DNA of 64,000 nucleotides from Zootoca vivipara (Eukaryota): NCBI RefSeq assembly GCF_963506605.1, contig NC_083277.1, positions 14,818,001 to 14,882,000 of the forward strand, read 5' to 3'. Shown piece by piece: positions 12,572 to 24,485 of this stretch (position 1 is its first letter; each line of letters starts with the position of its first letter). The notes under the pieces were generated by a model. It saw only the letters and a program-made list of their open reading frames with translations, ran no database searches and was not told where the DNA came from. The position numbers and the translations under genes were made by a program.

Positions 12572-15500
12572 GGCAGTTGAGGAAAAAACAGAACGAAAGA
12601 GTTGTAGACAAACTAATAGAAGATGGGAATGTGATAGTGGACCCTAAGGAAATCAAGGATTCTTTTGTCCATTTTTATACAAAATTGTATAGTGAGGAAA
12701 TGGTCAACCAGGAGGAGACAGAAAGATATTTAAGAATGACAAATGTAATAAGAGTAGAGGAAGAAAACACCAAATCGTTGAATGAGCCATTATCACCTTT
12801 GGAGGTACAAAGAATAATTAGGAAAGCAAAAATTGGGAAGTCACCTGGAACTGATGGTTTGTCAGCTTTATTTTATAAAAAAAATTGAAAAAATCTTGAT
12901 TGAACCTATGAGGATTCTAATGAATAAAATTACTGAAGAAGGCGACATTCCAAAATCTTGGGAAGAGGCATATATTGCGGTGATACCAAAGCAAGGTTTA
13001 GATAATAATCAAATTAAAATTTTTAGACCAATTTCTTTGCTAAATAATGATTATAAGATATTTGCAGATCTATTAGCTAATAGAATGAAAAAAGCAATGG
13101 GGAAATTAATTAATAAAGATCAAACAGGCTTCCTGCCAAAAAGATCTATGCATAGCAACCTGAGAAACGTTATAAGCATATTAGAATATCTTAATGTGAA
13201 GATTAATTTTAAAAAGTTGTGTTTTTGTTATTAGACGCTGAAAAGGCATTTGATAAAGTATCAGGCATCTTTATAAAAAAGCATAAGTTTTCTAGGATTG
13301 GGGGGGATATGTAATGGGATAGAGGCAATCTATAAGACTCAAAGAGCCAAACTCATAATAAATAATGAGATATCTGGAGAAATTATTATTCAAAGAGGCA
13401 ACAGACAGGGATGCCCCCTATCACCACTTTTATTCATTTTGAGCCTTGAATTCTTATTAAAAATATAAGGAAAGATGAAAAAATTAATGGAATTGGGAAA
13501 AATGTCCATAAAATAAAAGCATCTGCAGATGATGTCATTATTACAACAGAGGAGCCGATGGATACCATTCCCCAAATATTAAAAACAATAAAATAATTTG
13601 GACAATTATCGGGATTTAATTTGAATATGAATAAAACCAATATGCTGACCAAAAAATTAACAAAAGAAGAAATTGATCGTTTACAGGAAAAAGTAGGATT
13701 GAAGGCAGTGGATAAAGCAAAGTACCTTGGAATTTGGATCACCAACAATACAAATAATTTAGTAAAAGATAATTATAATAGAGTCTGGAAAGAAGCAAAA
13801 AAATATTTGGAAAATTGGGAGCGATTAAAATTATCATTTTTAGGGAGAATTGCAGCAGTAAAAATGAATATACTTCCCAAAATGTTATTCCTTTTTCAAA
13901 TGATACCAATATTGGGAAAGGGGAATAATATTTTTAAACAATGGAAAAATTCATTTGGAATCACAAACCTGCAAGGATAAAATACAAATTACTAATTGAT
14001 GTTAAATAAAGGGGAGGCCTGGCTTTGCCAGACCTCAACCTATATCACGACACTGCAGGATTTGTGTGGCTAAAAGAATGGTTGACATTAGAAAATAGCG
14101 AACTATTAGATTTGGAAGGCTTCGAAAATAAATTCGGGTGACACACCTATCTGGTAGATAGAAGATAAAGTGAAAGAGCACAAAGGATTTAATAACCATG
14201 TTATTAAACGATCTCTTTTGAAGATCTGGAATAAACATAAGAGATTGCTAGAACCTAAAACTCCCAGATGGGGGTCACCTACGGAAATAATTACAGTAAG
14301 GAAGGTAAATACAGATAGAAATTGGGGAAATTATGAAGATTTATTAGAAGAAAAGGACGAGACACTTAAATTAAAGGAATATGAGAAAATAAAACATCAT
14401 TTAACTGGATGGATTCAATATCATCAAATTTATAGCAAATTTAATGAACATAAACAAAGACAAGGATTTTTGGAGGAACCTTCCTTATTAGGAAAAAAAA
14501 TCTATTACAGCCTGAAAACAAAATAATTTCTTAAATGTATAATACGCAACTTGAATGGGAGACTAAAGATGAGATGGTGAAAGAGACGATGACGAAATGG
14601 GCCATAGATATGGGGGGAAATATACAAATGGATCAATGGGAACGACTATGGAAACAAACCTGGAAATTCACAGTCTCGGAGGGAATTAGGGAGAATATGA
14701 TTAAAATGTTTTATAGATGGCACTTAACCCCTGTAAAAATTCACAAAATGTATAAGACTAAGGATAATTTATGTTGGAAATTCTGGAGGGAGACGGGAAC
14801 ATTTATGCATGCGTGGTGGCACTGTGGGGAAATAAAGAACGTTTGGAATCAAGTATTTGAAGAAATAAAAAAAATACTCAAATATAATATAAAGAAAAAC
14901 CCTGAATCTTTCCTGTTGGGGATAATGGATAATACAATTAAAAAACCAGATGAGACATTGTTCTTGTATGCCATGACAGCTGAAAGAACTCTGATCGCAT
15001 CCTATTAGAAGAACAAAGAAATACCCAATATTTTGGAATGGCAGGAGAAATTATTTGGCTATTTAGACCAATTCAATTAGAGGGTATTCTAATAAGAAAT
15101 TTCATCAGAACTGGGAAAAATTTGCAGAGTACATGAAGGGACAGTGCCCCACGGTAAAATATTGGGTCTACTTCTAATGCCTCGTACTGAGCTGATTTAA
15201 TTTAAGCTGACAAAGCTGAATGATGATGAATTCCTTCTTTTTTTCTCTTTTTTGTGAGCTATGATTTATTTGAGAACTATAGGATATATATATGTAGGAT
15301 TGAGGGGAAGCAGTGCCAGAGTACAGTAATTAAAGAACCTGAGAGGGAGATAAGTGGAAGTCTAACGGGGAGGAGGAGATATAGGGGAATAAATAAGGCG
15401 TAAGATAAATAGAAAATTAGGAATATAGCTGAAATGTATTTTGATTATTTTGATATTTGATATGAATGAATATCTAAATGTATGATTTTTTCGTGATTTC

Positions 15501-15713
15501 TTTACGATTATGATTTATTATTATTTATATATAATTTATATTTGTTATTATTATTTATATTTGAAGTTGTATGATATTGTATCTATGTTATATTATCATT
15601 ATTACTTATATATGATTCTGTATGTTATTATTTCTGTATTATTGTTTCTTTAGTGTATTTGTGAATGTATTTTAATTTGAATTCCAATAAAGTTTATTTT
15701 TTTTAAAAAAAAA
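12572..15713 (+). mobile_element. L1-clade LINE, 5'-truncated ORF2 pseudogene with 3' UTR and poly(A)
   Basis: KSPGTDG, RPISLLNNDYKI, DQTGFLPKRS, LDAEKAFD, RQGCPLSPLLF, KYLGI, C-terminal CW..GTFMHAWWHC; aataaa at 15686 followed by an A-run. Confidence 0.92.
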
Positions 15714-15845
15714 GAGAGAAGTGCTGCCCTAGAAGAAGCTTCTATGCTTAGGTGAGGCATCTTTGACCCTCAAGTTGTGGTTGGACACAAAGTACCACCT
15801 GCCAAAGCAAGGATGGTCCATGGCCAGGGATGATGGGAGTCTTAT

Positions 15846-16018
15846 CCGTATATTCCGGCGTATAAGATGATTGGGCGTATAAGACAACCCCCAACTTTTC
15901 CAGTTAAAATATAGAGTTTGGGATATACTTGCTGTATAAGACCCGGCGTATAAGACGACCCCCGACTTTTGAGAAGATTTTCCTGGGTTAAAAAGTAGTC
16001 TTATACGCAGGAATATAC
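15846..16018. mobile_element. Tc1/mariner (pogo/Tigger-like) MITE
   Basis: ccgtatattcc...ggaatatac termini with tataaga subrepeats. Absent from copy A. Same family, inverted, at 62102-62282. Confidence 0.75.
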
Positions 16019-19000
16019 ACACTTTCCCCTTCTTCCCCCTCTTCTGAAAATGCTGAATATCTGTATTTCGATTCCTCCTTCCTCCATGACCTCCAACATC
16101 TTCCTGATGCAGTCCTACCAACTGCACACATTCCCAAATCATCCTGAACCTCTGAATTCCCGAGGCTGCTATATTGTGTCTAGGACACTGGCAATGGGAC
16201 AGCACCTTCCACTGGATGAGAGGGTAGAGGGTTAAATCAGGGCAGGCCAAATGGCACTCAGCTCAGTCCCCTCCTTGCCCCTCTCTGCATCTGCTGCCTG
16301 AGGGGGCTGCATCAGTCTCCCTCACGGTGGAGCAGGCCCTAAGAACAGCCTTCTCTCTGCCCCCCAAAATACAGGAAACACAACAAAGAGAACCTTGGAG
16401 TGTCACCGTGGAACATAACAACAACATCATCAACAACAACTGGTTGTAAGTCACTTTGGGCTGCCCTGGGCAAGAGAAAGCGACTAACAGATTCAAAAAA
16501 TAAATAAAAATAACAATTGTAGTAACAATTACACGGGGGGGGGGCCTTAGGAACCCCACCCATTTCCATAACAATCTTCCCAATCCCTTAAATCCCACAG
16601 ATTTAAGAGATCTGAAATAGTGGCAATAATGGAAACCTGGTGGAATGGAGAGAAGGAGTTGGGCACACTTATCTCTGGGTAGGGACCCTTTCGATGTTTC
16701 TCCACAGAAACACAGGCATGTGGGTGAGACTGTAGTTGACAAGACAGAAGCCTCAAACGGTGGAAATAATAAAGTGGGCCTCCTCCTTTTCCTCTTTCCC
16801 CCAATGGCTTGACTCGCTATAACAGCCCCCAGCGCCCCATGAAGCTGCTGATCTGGGACTTATGGCAGGGCAAGGACTGAGCTTCAAGGGAGGAGAGGGT
16901 GGGTGGATCAGGCCTCCTGTTCAGGGATCTCTCCCTGGTCGACTTGAAATCATGGCAGATTCCTGGGCAGGAGGAAGAAGTCAAGGCAGGCAGCCCCCAA
17001 GTCTTTCTCTCTTTCTCAAAGATGGCTTCGATTCCTCCCCCAGGGATGCTTCCCTTCCTCCCTCAGCCCCCTAACTTCCTCTGCCCTCCTCCCCTGGGGG
17101 TCCCCTTTGCCCAGATGCCCCCCTGGCCGCTCACCCTTCTTGCGGAATTGCTCCCAAGTGCTCCCACCTTTCCATCCGGAGGAGCCTCGCAGGAAGAGCA
17201 GGGAGGGGGGAGAGGAGGGAGACGGGAGGGGGGGTTCTCTATTCAGGCCTCTCTCGCCTCCTTTAACCCCTTCCATGGACTCCCTCTCTCTGATTCTCCA
17301 CACAAAGGGGAGCCAGAATCGTGGAGTCAAAAGTGCCCCAGGGATTCTTGCCAGGGAGAACCCTGATCTCGCAGAGAGTCGCGGAACTGGGGCCTCGGTT
17401 CAAGCCTCAGCCCTTCAACAGGAGGAAGGGGGAGGGGGCACTCCCCTACTATTCTTTCATCCCCCAACCTCGCCCCAAATCCCGCCCTCCCTTCCCAGCT
17501 GCCCTGTTTGTAGATTAAGGGGGAGAAAAGCACATCCTTCTCTCACCCCCCCCCCAAAATATAGATATATTTTGCACCTTTTCCCCCTCCTCCTCTGCAG
17601 ACCTGCTCCTCTTCCGGGAATGTGGATGGAGGCCCCTCCCCCTCCAACCTTGGCTCTCCCTCCCTCCCTCCAAGCCTTCCTGCCTCTCTAGGAAGCGGAG
17701 CTCACTGACCCATGGGGAGGAATGAGTGACGCCTCCCTCCCAGAACACACAAATTCTCCTCCTTCCAAACAAACTCCGTTATGCTGTTTCTTTGCTGAGA
17801 AGGTCCCAGGTTTGATCCCCGGAGACGACAGGGAAAGAGACGCCCCCCCCCCCAACCTCCGACAAAGTCCTCCAGGGCACGAAGGTGGCACAGTTTACAT
17901 TCCCTCTGTTCCTCTTTTAATCCCTTGCCGGGAGAGGGGGAAATCCGTTCATTTTCACACCCCTTACACAACGTGGGGGAGGCAGGGCCGCGGCGTGGGG
18001 TGTCCCCGTTACAACAGCCCTGCAACGTAGACCGAATTTGTGGGGCTTGGAACAGTAATTTACGACAACCCTAAAGGGTAGTCCAGTGTCGTCATGAACT
18101 TGGGCTTTGCTTTGCTCATGAGGGGGGAGGGGCGCAGCTCAGTGGCAGATGTACCCCTCATTGTACCGCTCATCCGACTCCCCGCTATGGGGGTGAGACC
18201 TCCTCCTGACTCGCACCAGGATCCTGCAATGCAGGTCAGGTAGCGGCGCCAGTTCTGCTTCCATTTCTCAGGTGAACAAAGGCAGGTCTGGCTCCCCTCG
18301 CGACACATCCCTCGTCAGGAATCCGTGGGGCGCTCCGGGCTTCCGGCGAGTGCGCCGTTAGTATCTTTCGGTGGAAGGGTTGAAGGACGCGAGAGAGGTC
18401 TAGATAGAGACCCTCCTCCCTTTCCCCTCACCCTCCTCGTCTTGGTAGGTCCCTCCGAGCTCGGGGGGGGGGGCAGATGGAGGAGGAAGTTTGGGGGGGG
18501 GGCTGAGGGAGGAATGGAAGCAACGTGGGGGGGGGGGAGGGAAGCCCAGCAAGACACTGACAGTGAGTGAGAGAGAGACGTGGCCTTTTGGAGAGCCCTC
18601 TCCATCCTGGGCCCTGACGGGGGAATGTGCGGAGGGGCTGCCCAGCTTCTCCCTCCTGGCGAGGAATCTGCTACTCCTCCAAGTTCTTCAACAGAGGGAT
18701 CCCTGAAAAGGGGGGTCCACTTCCCCCACCACATACCTACATGGTTCAGGTCAGCTGTTGCCTTGGAGACGCAGGTGCAGCACTATACCAAATCAGGCTC
18801 CCTCTCTCAGGCTTCCAGTTTTAGCTCTTATTTCCACTGCATGGTTGAACGAAGGTGATGATGATGTGCAATACATTCAGGGTTTATATATAGGTAGAAG
18901 GTAAAGGATCCCTGGACGGTTAAGTCCAGTCGAGTTCGACTATGGCGTGTGGTGCTCATCTCCACTTTCAGAGCCAGAGAGCTTTCCGGCTCATGTGGAC

Positions 19001-19659
19001 AACTTCTCATGAGCTGTCACAAATTCCAGAAGAACTACACAAAATCTACAATGAGACTCACAGGAGTGTGGAACGAGTGTCAGTCAGAGTTCACACTTTA
19101 CTGTACATCAACAGACTAGTGTGAGACTGGTGGTGGTGTTTGGAAGCAGTGTTGGTAAGATTATTTCTGGATGATGACAGCGACTCCTGGCTGTTGCCCA
19201 AGAAAGTATAAAGACAAGGGAAGATTTCCTATTGTGTTTTTTTTTTATTCAGAATTTACAAAGAGGGGCTATAGAACCCAGCCTCTTGGAGAATGGTGTT
19301 GTCTCCACCCCCATCTCTCTCACTTCCTCATTTGCCACTTCTACAGATGCTGCTGTGTGTCCTCTATCTTTGAGCTCTCTGCTCTCCTACTTTCAAGACT
19401 CGCCGGGTTCTGGGAGATGGTGTGTCAGCGATGATTTCTAGTGACAACGTGTCGACCAGGTGTTGCTCTGGCTCTCCCATTATTTCTCATCTTTCCCTCT
19501 CACCTGCCTCTGAGTTGAGACCTCCCTCAAACCATGTTGTAAATCTATACTGTGTTCCTCTTCCTCCTCCCTGGAAGGGTCAGGCTGGGGAGGCAGTCTC
19601 CAGTGCTGTAGCAAAAACGTTAGCCAAAGAGGCATGGGCAACATCTAGTATACCATAGA

Positions 19660-19681
19660 TAACAATAATAACAATAATAAC

Positions 19682-19714
<33 letters not shown>

Positions 19715-20298
19715 TTATTTATTCCCCATCCACTCTGGGCGCCTACCAGCAGGATATTAAAATACAATAAGCTATTAAACATTAAAAGCTTCCCCTAAAC
19801 AGGGTTGCCTTCAGATGTCTTCTAAAAGTCTGGTAGTTGTTTTTCTCTTTGACATCTGGTGGGAGGACGTTCCACAGGGCAGGTGCCACTACCGAGAAGG
19901 CCCTCTGCCTGGTTCCCTGCAACTTGGCTTCTCGCAACAAGGGAACCACCAGAAGGCCATATAACACCGGTCCTGAAAGACCTACATTGGCTGCCAGTAC
20001 GTTTCTGAGCAGAATTCAAAGGGTTGGAGCTGACCTTTAAAGCCCTAAATGGCCTTGGCCTAGTACACCTGAAGGAGCATCTTCACTCCCATCATTCAGC
20101 CTGGAGACTCAGGTTAAGCTCCGAGGGCTTTCTGGAGGTTACCTCACTGCGAGAAGTGAGGTTACAGGGAACCAGGCAGAGGGCCTTCTTGGTAGTGGCA
20201 CTTGCTCTGTGAGGAAATAAACAACTATCGGATGTTTAGAAGACATCTGAAGGCAGCCCCGTTTTATCATGTTTTTAATATTCTGTTGGGAGCCACCC

Positions 20299-20330
<32 letters not shown>
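19660..20330. mobile_element. Two back-to-back L2 3' ends in opposite orientation, each bounded by an (AAT)n run
   Basis: Minus strand LREAKLQGTRQRAFSVVAPALWN (19782-19955); plus strand LREVRLQGTRQRAF (19955-20300). Confidence 0.75.
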
Positions 20331-20334
20331 TGGT

Positions 20335-20960
20335 GTTATCAAGTCTTTTGATATCATATTATTAGAAGAAAGGTGGGTTCATTATGAAATCTGTTTGGAG
20401 GGATAAAAATCATATTCCCTTCTAGCCCACAAATAGAACATCATGGGCCCGTTAGAAAGTGGGATTAACCTTTATTTGTGCAAGGGAGACTAAATTTAAA
20501 GTGAGTCCCCTCCAGACATGGGATGACATTGCCCAGGCATTTCTTACTGGGTTTTTAAGATTTAGTCCTAATCATACTTAATGTATTTATTCCTCCTTGC
20601 CCTATTGGGCTACTCAAACCAACTCACTTTCTTTCTTGAGGAATTAGAACTGGAATTCCACACCATTGGCTTGTTAATGTCAGGTGATTTTAATGCAAGA
20701 GTGGGCAAGGGCAATCTTGAGTTTGTGAGGGAGGTAGGATTTGACACAGAGACCCCTTGCCTAAACATTTCTCTGACCCATTATATTCTAAAGACTCCTA
20801 TATAAATGACTCTGGAGTTGGCCTTGCCAAACTGTACATGAGTTTTGGCAGTGTGATCTGGAATGGCTCATTGCCAGGCAACCGGGGCGTTCACATACGT
20901 TTCTGGAAGAGGAAATAGTGTGATGGATTACATCCGAGGCTCCTCTGCACTAAGAAATAT
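20335..20960 (+). mobile_element. Degraded LINE APE-endonuclease fragment
   Basis: Remnants FDIILLEE, LLMSGDFNARVG and FTYVSGRGNSVMDYI. Confidence 0.65.
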
Positions 20961-21249
20961 ATAGGATCAATACACATAAGACAATTTCTTTTCACACTCA
21001 ATACAGTATCCAGATTTTTTTCAGGACATCTGCATTTGCAGACTTTTAAAATACAGCATGACCTAGTAGAGTTCTTGGACTTTGTCTACTCCAATACAAA
21101 ATCCTGCTACCAAAATCCTTACAAATTGTGTAGGTAAGCAGCATTTAGGTACGCATCTAGTACACATCAGAAATGGGGAAATGGAATGGGAAAACAGGTA
21201 CAGGCCAGTACTGTTTAAAATAATTTTGATCGGAGAGACCACGGAGAGG

Positions 21250-22359
21250 TTAATCATCAATGGACACATTCTTCCCTGCCCTGGCTCTCAGAGAATTCAC
21301 AGCTTTGTTGATTTCCAGAACGGAGGCCTGGAGTTCCTTATCACCATGGAATGCTGCTCCATCCTTCCCTCCCACCACGGCTGCGATTTCCTCTAAGACA
21401 CCCACCAGGAACTCAGGGACACAGGCGTAGCTGGACATGACTTCAGCCGTGTGAATCTTGCCTACCAATAGATCCAACAGGGAAAGGCAGCTTCTGATCC
21501 AGGACTGCTGCACTGTCACCTCCCTCTGGAGAGCAAGCAGCTCACCACACTGGGCTTCAATCTGGGGGATCCTCTGATTTGCGGAGTTGATTCCAGTTTG
21601 CACCTTCTGCTGCTTTCGGGAGAGGCATGCTATCTTGTCCCTGCAGCCAGCCACTTCTGCTGTGCAGAGGTCCACAGCCTGTTGTGCCTCAATTACTAGT
21701 TTCTCCGCTGAGTCCAAGGCCGCTTGATAACCAATAGCCATGCTAGCTCCTAAAAGGATAGACAAATCAGTGAGAATTTCATCTAGGGGTATTGAGGGAA
21801 TGGGTTGGGGTGAGATGTTCTGGTATCTTGAAGGTACCACTTCTGGTTCAAGACTTGCTGGCTCAGGGGATGACCTACCAATGAACGACCCAAGCCCTGG
21901 CAGGGCCATCATCTGGAGGCCGATTTCCCGGCCTGCACGGTTCCTTGCCACTCCCTCACGAGCCAGTCTCAGCTGCTCCTCTGTATGTTCCAGATGCAGC
22001 CCCGCTGTTTCCAGCATTTCCTGGGACTTCTTCTCAGTTTCCTTGAGGGCAACGATCTGGGTTCCGAGGTCTGCTAAGTCCTCCTTCTTCTCCTGCAGGT
22101 CATCTTGCATGAGTTTCTTCATTGCTATCAGGGCCTCTGACTGGGAATCGAGTAGCCGCAGGCGAGACTCGAGACTCTGCTCAGCCTCGGAAAAATGATT
22201 CGATCCTTTGGTGACATGGCCGCGGGTTTTAGCACACATCTCCTCCTTATTTGACCATGGGAGGAGCAGAAGCCCGGCGAGGAGCGCAAGCTCTTGCATT
22301 CCCGCCTCCAAGTGTTCCTTGATGGAGGAGTTGTAAGTCGTATCATGCACAAGAGCCAT
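21250..22359 (-). CDS. Uncharacterised coiled-coil protein with a central hydrophobic hairpin (~326 aa after splicing); candidate alpha-pore-forming-toxin-like component
   Basis: Exons 22359-21879 and 21749-21250; GT-AG intron 21750-21878 (g|gtaggt...ctcactgat...ccttttag|ga). An acceptor (tcccatccag) lies immediately before the ATG. Two long heptad-rich helices flank IGLQMMALPGLGSFIGASMAIGY. Confidence 0.8.
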   Translation of the reverse strand: MALVHDTTYNSSIKEHLEAGMQELALLAGLLLLPWSNKEEMCAKTRGHVTKGSNHFSEAEQSLESRLRLLDSQSEALIAMKKLMQDDLQEKKEDLADLGTQIVALKETEKKSQEMLETAGLHLEHTEEQLRLAREGVARNRAGREIGLQMMALPGLGSFIGRSSPEPASLEPEVVPSRYQNISPQPIPSIPLDEILTDLSILLGASMAIGYQAALDSAEKLVIEAQQAVDLCTAEVAGCRDKIACLSRKQQKVQTGINSANQRIPQIEAQCGELLALQREVTVQQSWIRSCLSLLDLLVGKIHTAEVMSSYACVPEFLVGVLEEIAAVVGGKDGAAFHGDKELQASVLEINKAVNSLRARAGKNVSIDD

Positions 22360-22563
22360 GCTGGATGGGAGCTGGAAGGGGAAACAGAAGTGGAGGGCGT
22401 ATTAAGGACACTTGTGTAGCAAGCTTCATGCAGAAAGCCAGATTCAGAACTTAGTGAAAGGTGGCTAATTTGGGACACAGTTGTGAATTTATGAAAATGT
22501 CGCTCAACAAATGCCCTGACGGAATAGTCCTCGCTGTACTCCACACATTAGGCAGCATCTTGA

Positions 22564-22817
22564 TCAAGGGTAGGCAAACTGAGGCCCGGGGGCCGGATCC
22601 GGCCCAATTACCGTCTAAATCCGGCCCACAGACAGTCCGGGAATCAGCGTGTTTTTACATGAGTAGAATGTATCCTTTTATTTAAAATGCATCTCCGGGT
22701 TATTTGTGGGGCATAGGAATTTGTTCTCCCCCCCCCCCAAAAAAATATAGTCCGGCCTTCCACGAGGTCTGAGGGACAGTGGACCAGCCCCCTGCTGAAA
22801 AAGTTTGCTGACCCCTG
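22564..22817. mobile_element. hAT MITE (family also at 44665, ~54365 and ~56716)
   Basis: caagggtaggcaaactgaggccc...tttgctgacccctg, near-identical to the other three copies. Confidence 0.8.
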
Positions 22818-23088
22818 ATTCTATATCACACCGGTTCTTCACATTAACTATGAAAGAAAGATGTGCATCCCTAATCCCGAAATGACCACCACCCAGAGAG
22901 ATGGAGCCCCCAGTTTGTCTCCCAAAAGTTTTTATTACAGTACTTACATTTTTATTCCCCCAGGAACAAACATAAGAAGCTGCTGCTTTCTAGTAAGTTA
23001 GGATTTCTCTGTTATAGGACAATAATGTGATTTTTCCTGTTGTTGGATATTTAGTCATTCCTTGAGTATAGTTATATAGAAAGGCAGT

Positions 23089-23339
23089 ACGGTCATACCT
23101 TGGATTGTGAATGCCTTGCGAGTCGAACGTTTTGGCTCCCAAACGCTGCAAACCTAGAAGTGAGTGTTCTGGTTTGCGAATGTTCTTTGGAACCCAAACG
23201 TCCGACGAGGCTTCTGCGGCTTCCGATTGGCTGCAGGAGCTTCCTGCAGCCAATCGGAAGCCACGCCTTGATTTCTGAACATGTTGGAAGTTGAACGGAC
23301 CTCCGGAACAGATTCCAGTCGACTTCTGAGGTACGACTG
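23089..23339. mobile_element. Tigger/mariner-like MITE
   Basis: ta|cggtcatacct...aggtacgactg|ta termini; internal palindrome ccgattggctgcagga / tcctgcagccaatcgg. Confidence 0.75.
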
Positions 23340-24050
23340 TATACAAATTGAATTGAAATTAAAATAAACATCCATAAGATCGAGTTATTGGTGCATTATA
23401 TTGTACTTCCTTGAGCGTCACTGATCAAAGCAGAAACCACCCAATGTGGATGCAGCAACAGGACATTACTCATTCACTCGTTTTCTTCTTGGCTCTGGTC
23501 AGTGAAGCCCATTGGCCCAAACGCAATAACTTGGAACGTGCTTGGAGGAGCCCATCGTAAGCCTCATTTCATCCTGAATTGCAACATGGGCCTGTAAAAA
23601 ACGACCCTAAGATAATATCAGCTCTCATAGCCATGGAATCCTCTTCCTCTCTCGTGAACAGCCTTAATTCCCACCCTTGGCAGGGGGAATTCCCTCCTCA
23701 GTGTATCGGAAGGAGGGCTCGGTTTCTGTACGTAATAAAACAATTTCTCCTGAGATCAGCAAAGATGTGCCAACCACCCTAAGGGAACGGCCTCCACATT
23801 CCTTTTAGTCAAGTAATAGAGGCAAATCGCCATCATGCTGATAAGGAATAAACTCAAAAAGGCCCTGAGGGTCAATAAAACGTAGAGGTGTAGAACCAGG
23901 CAGGTGGGTCAACTTGGTGGGTTAAAATAAAATTTGCATCATATGCCTGGACTGTGTGTGCGTGTGTGGGAGGGAGGGAGGGAGATGTCAAATGCAAGAG
24001 AAAGCCAGTGTGATTCCTTCCCAAAATTGGACTATGATTCCCATCAGCAC

Positions 24051-24381
24051 GAAGAAGAAGAAGAAGAAGAAGAAGAAGAAGAAGAAGAAGAAGAAGAAGA
24101 AGAAGAAGAAGCAGCTACCTATCTGACTGGGTTGCCCCAGCCACTCTGGACGGCTTCCAACAAATGAAAACATTGTAAGACATTGAACATTGAAAAGTAA
24201 GACATTGAACATTAAAAACTTCCCTGAATAGGGCTGCCTTCAGGTGTCTTCTAAAATCAGATATGCCCTTTCAAACTGTGGTTTGGGAGGCATTATTGGG
24301 CTGCTGTTTTTATTTTGATTATATATTTTGTGGTTTTATATTTTGATTTTGTTCTGTGATATAAATAAATATTTAAATTCA

Positions 24382-24418
<37 letters not shown>

Positions 24419-24485
24419 GTTCATTTCCTTGACATCTGACGGGACGGCGTGCCACATGGCAGGTGCCACTGCCGAGAAGGCCCTT
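24051..24485. repeat. (GAA)n microsatellite followed by L2 3' fragments and (AAT)n
   Basis: GAA run at 24051-24110; gggctgccttcaggtgtcttctaa and ggcaggtgccactgccgagaaggccc match the other L2 copies. Confidence 0.7.

Larger units (their letters stand above)
11492..20330. repeat. Tandem segmental duplication of 1-~6060 (ZNF gene unit)
   Basis: Colinear near-identical blocks, e.g. 2110-2750 vs 11900-12570, 2860-5220 vs 15725-18095, 5710-6060 vs 19955-20330. Confidence 0.95.

Noticed and set aside
16862-18860. Pro/Gly-rich ORFs in the duplicated GC-rich segment (and at 3826-5635)
   Set aside because: Frames are not conserved between the two paralogous copies because of many indels.
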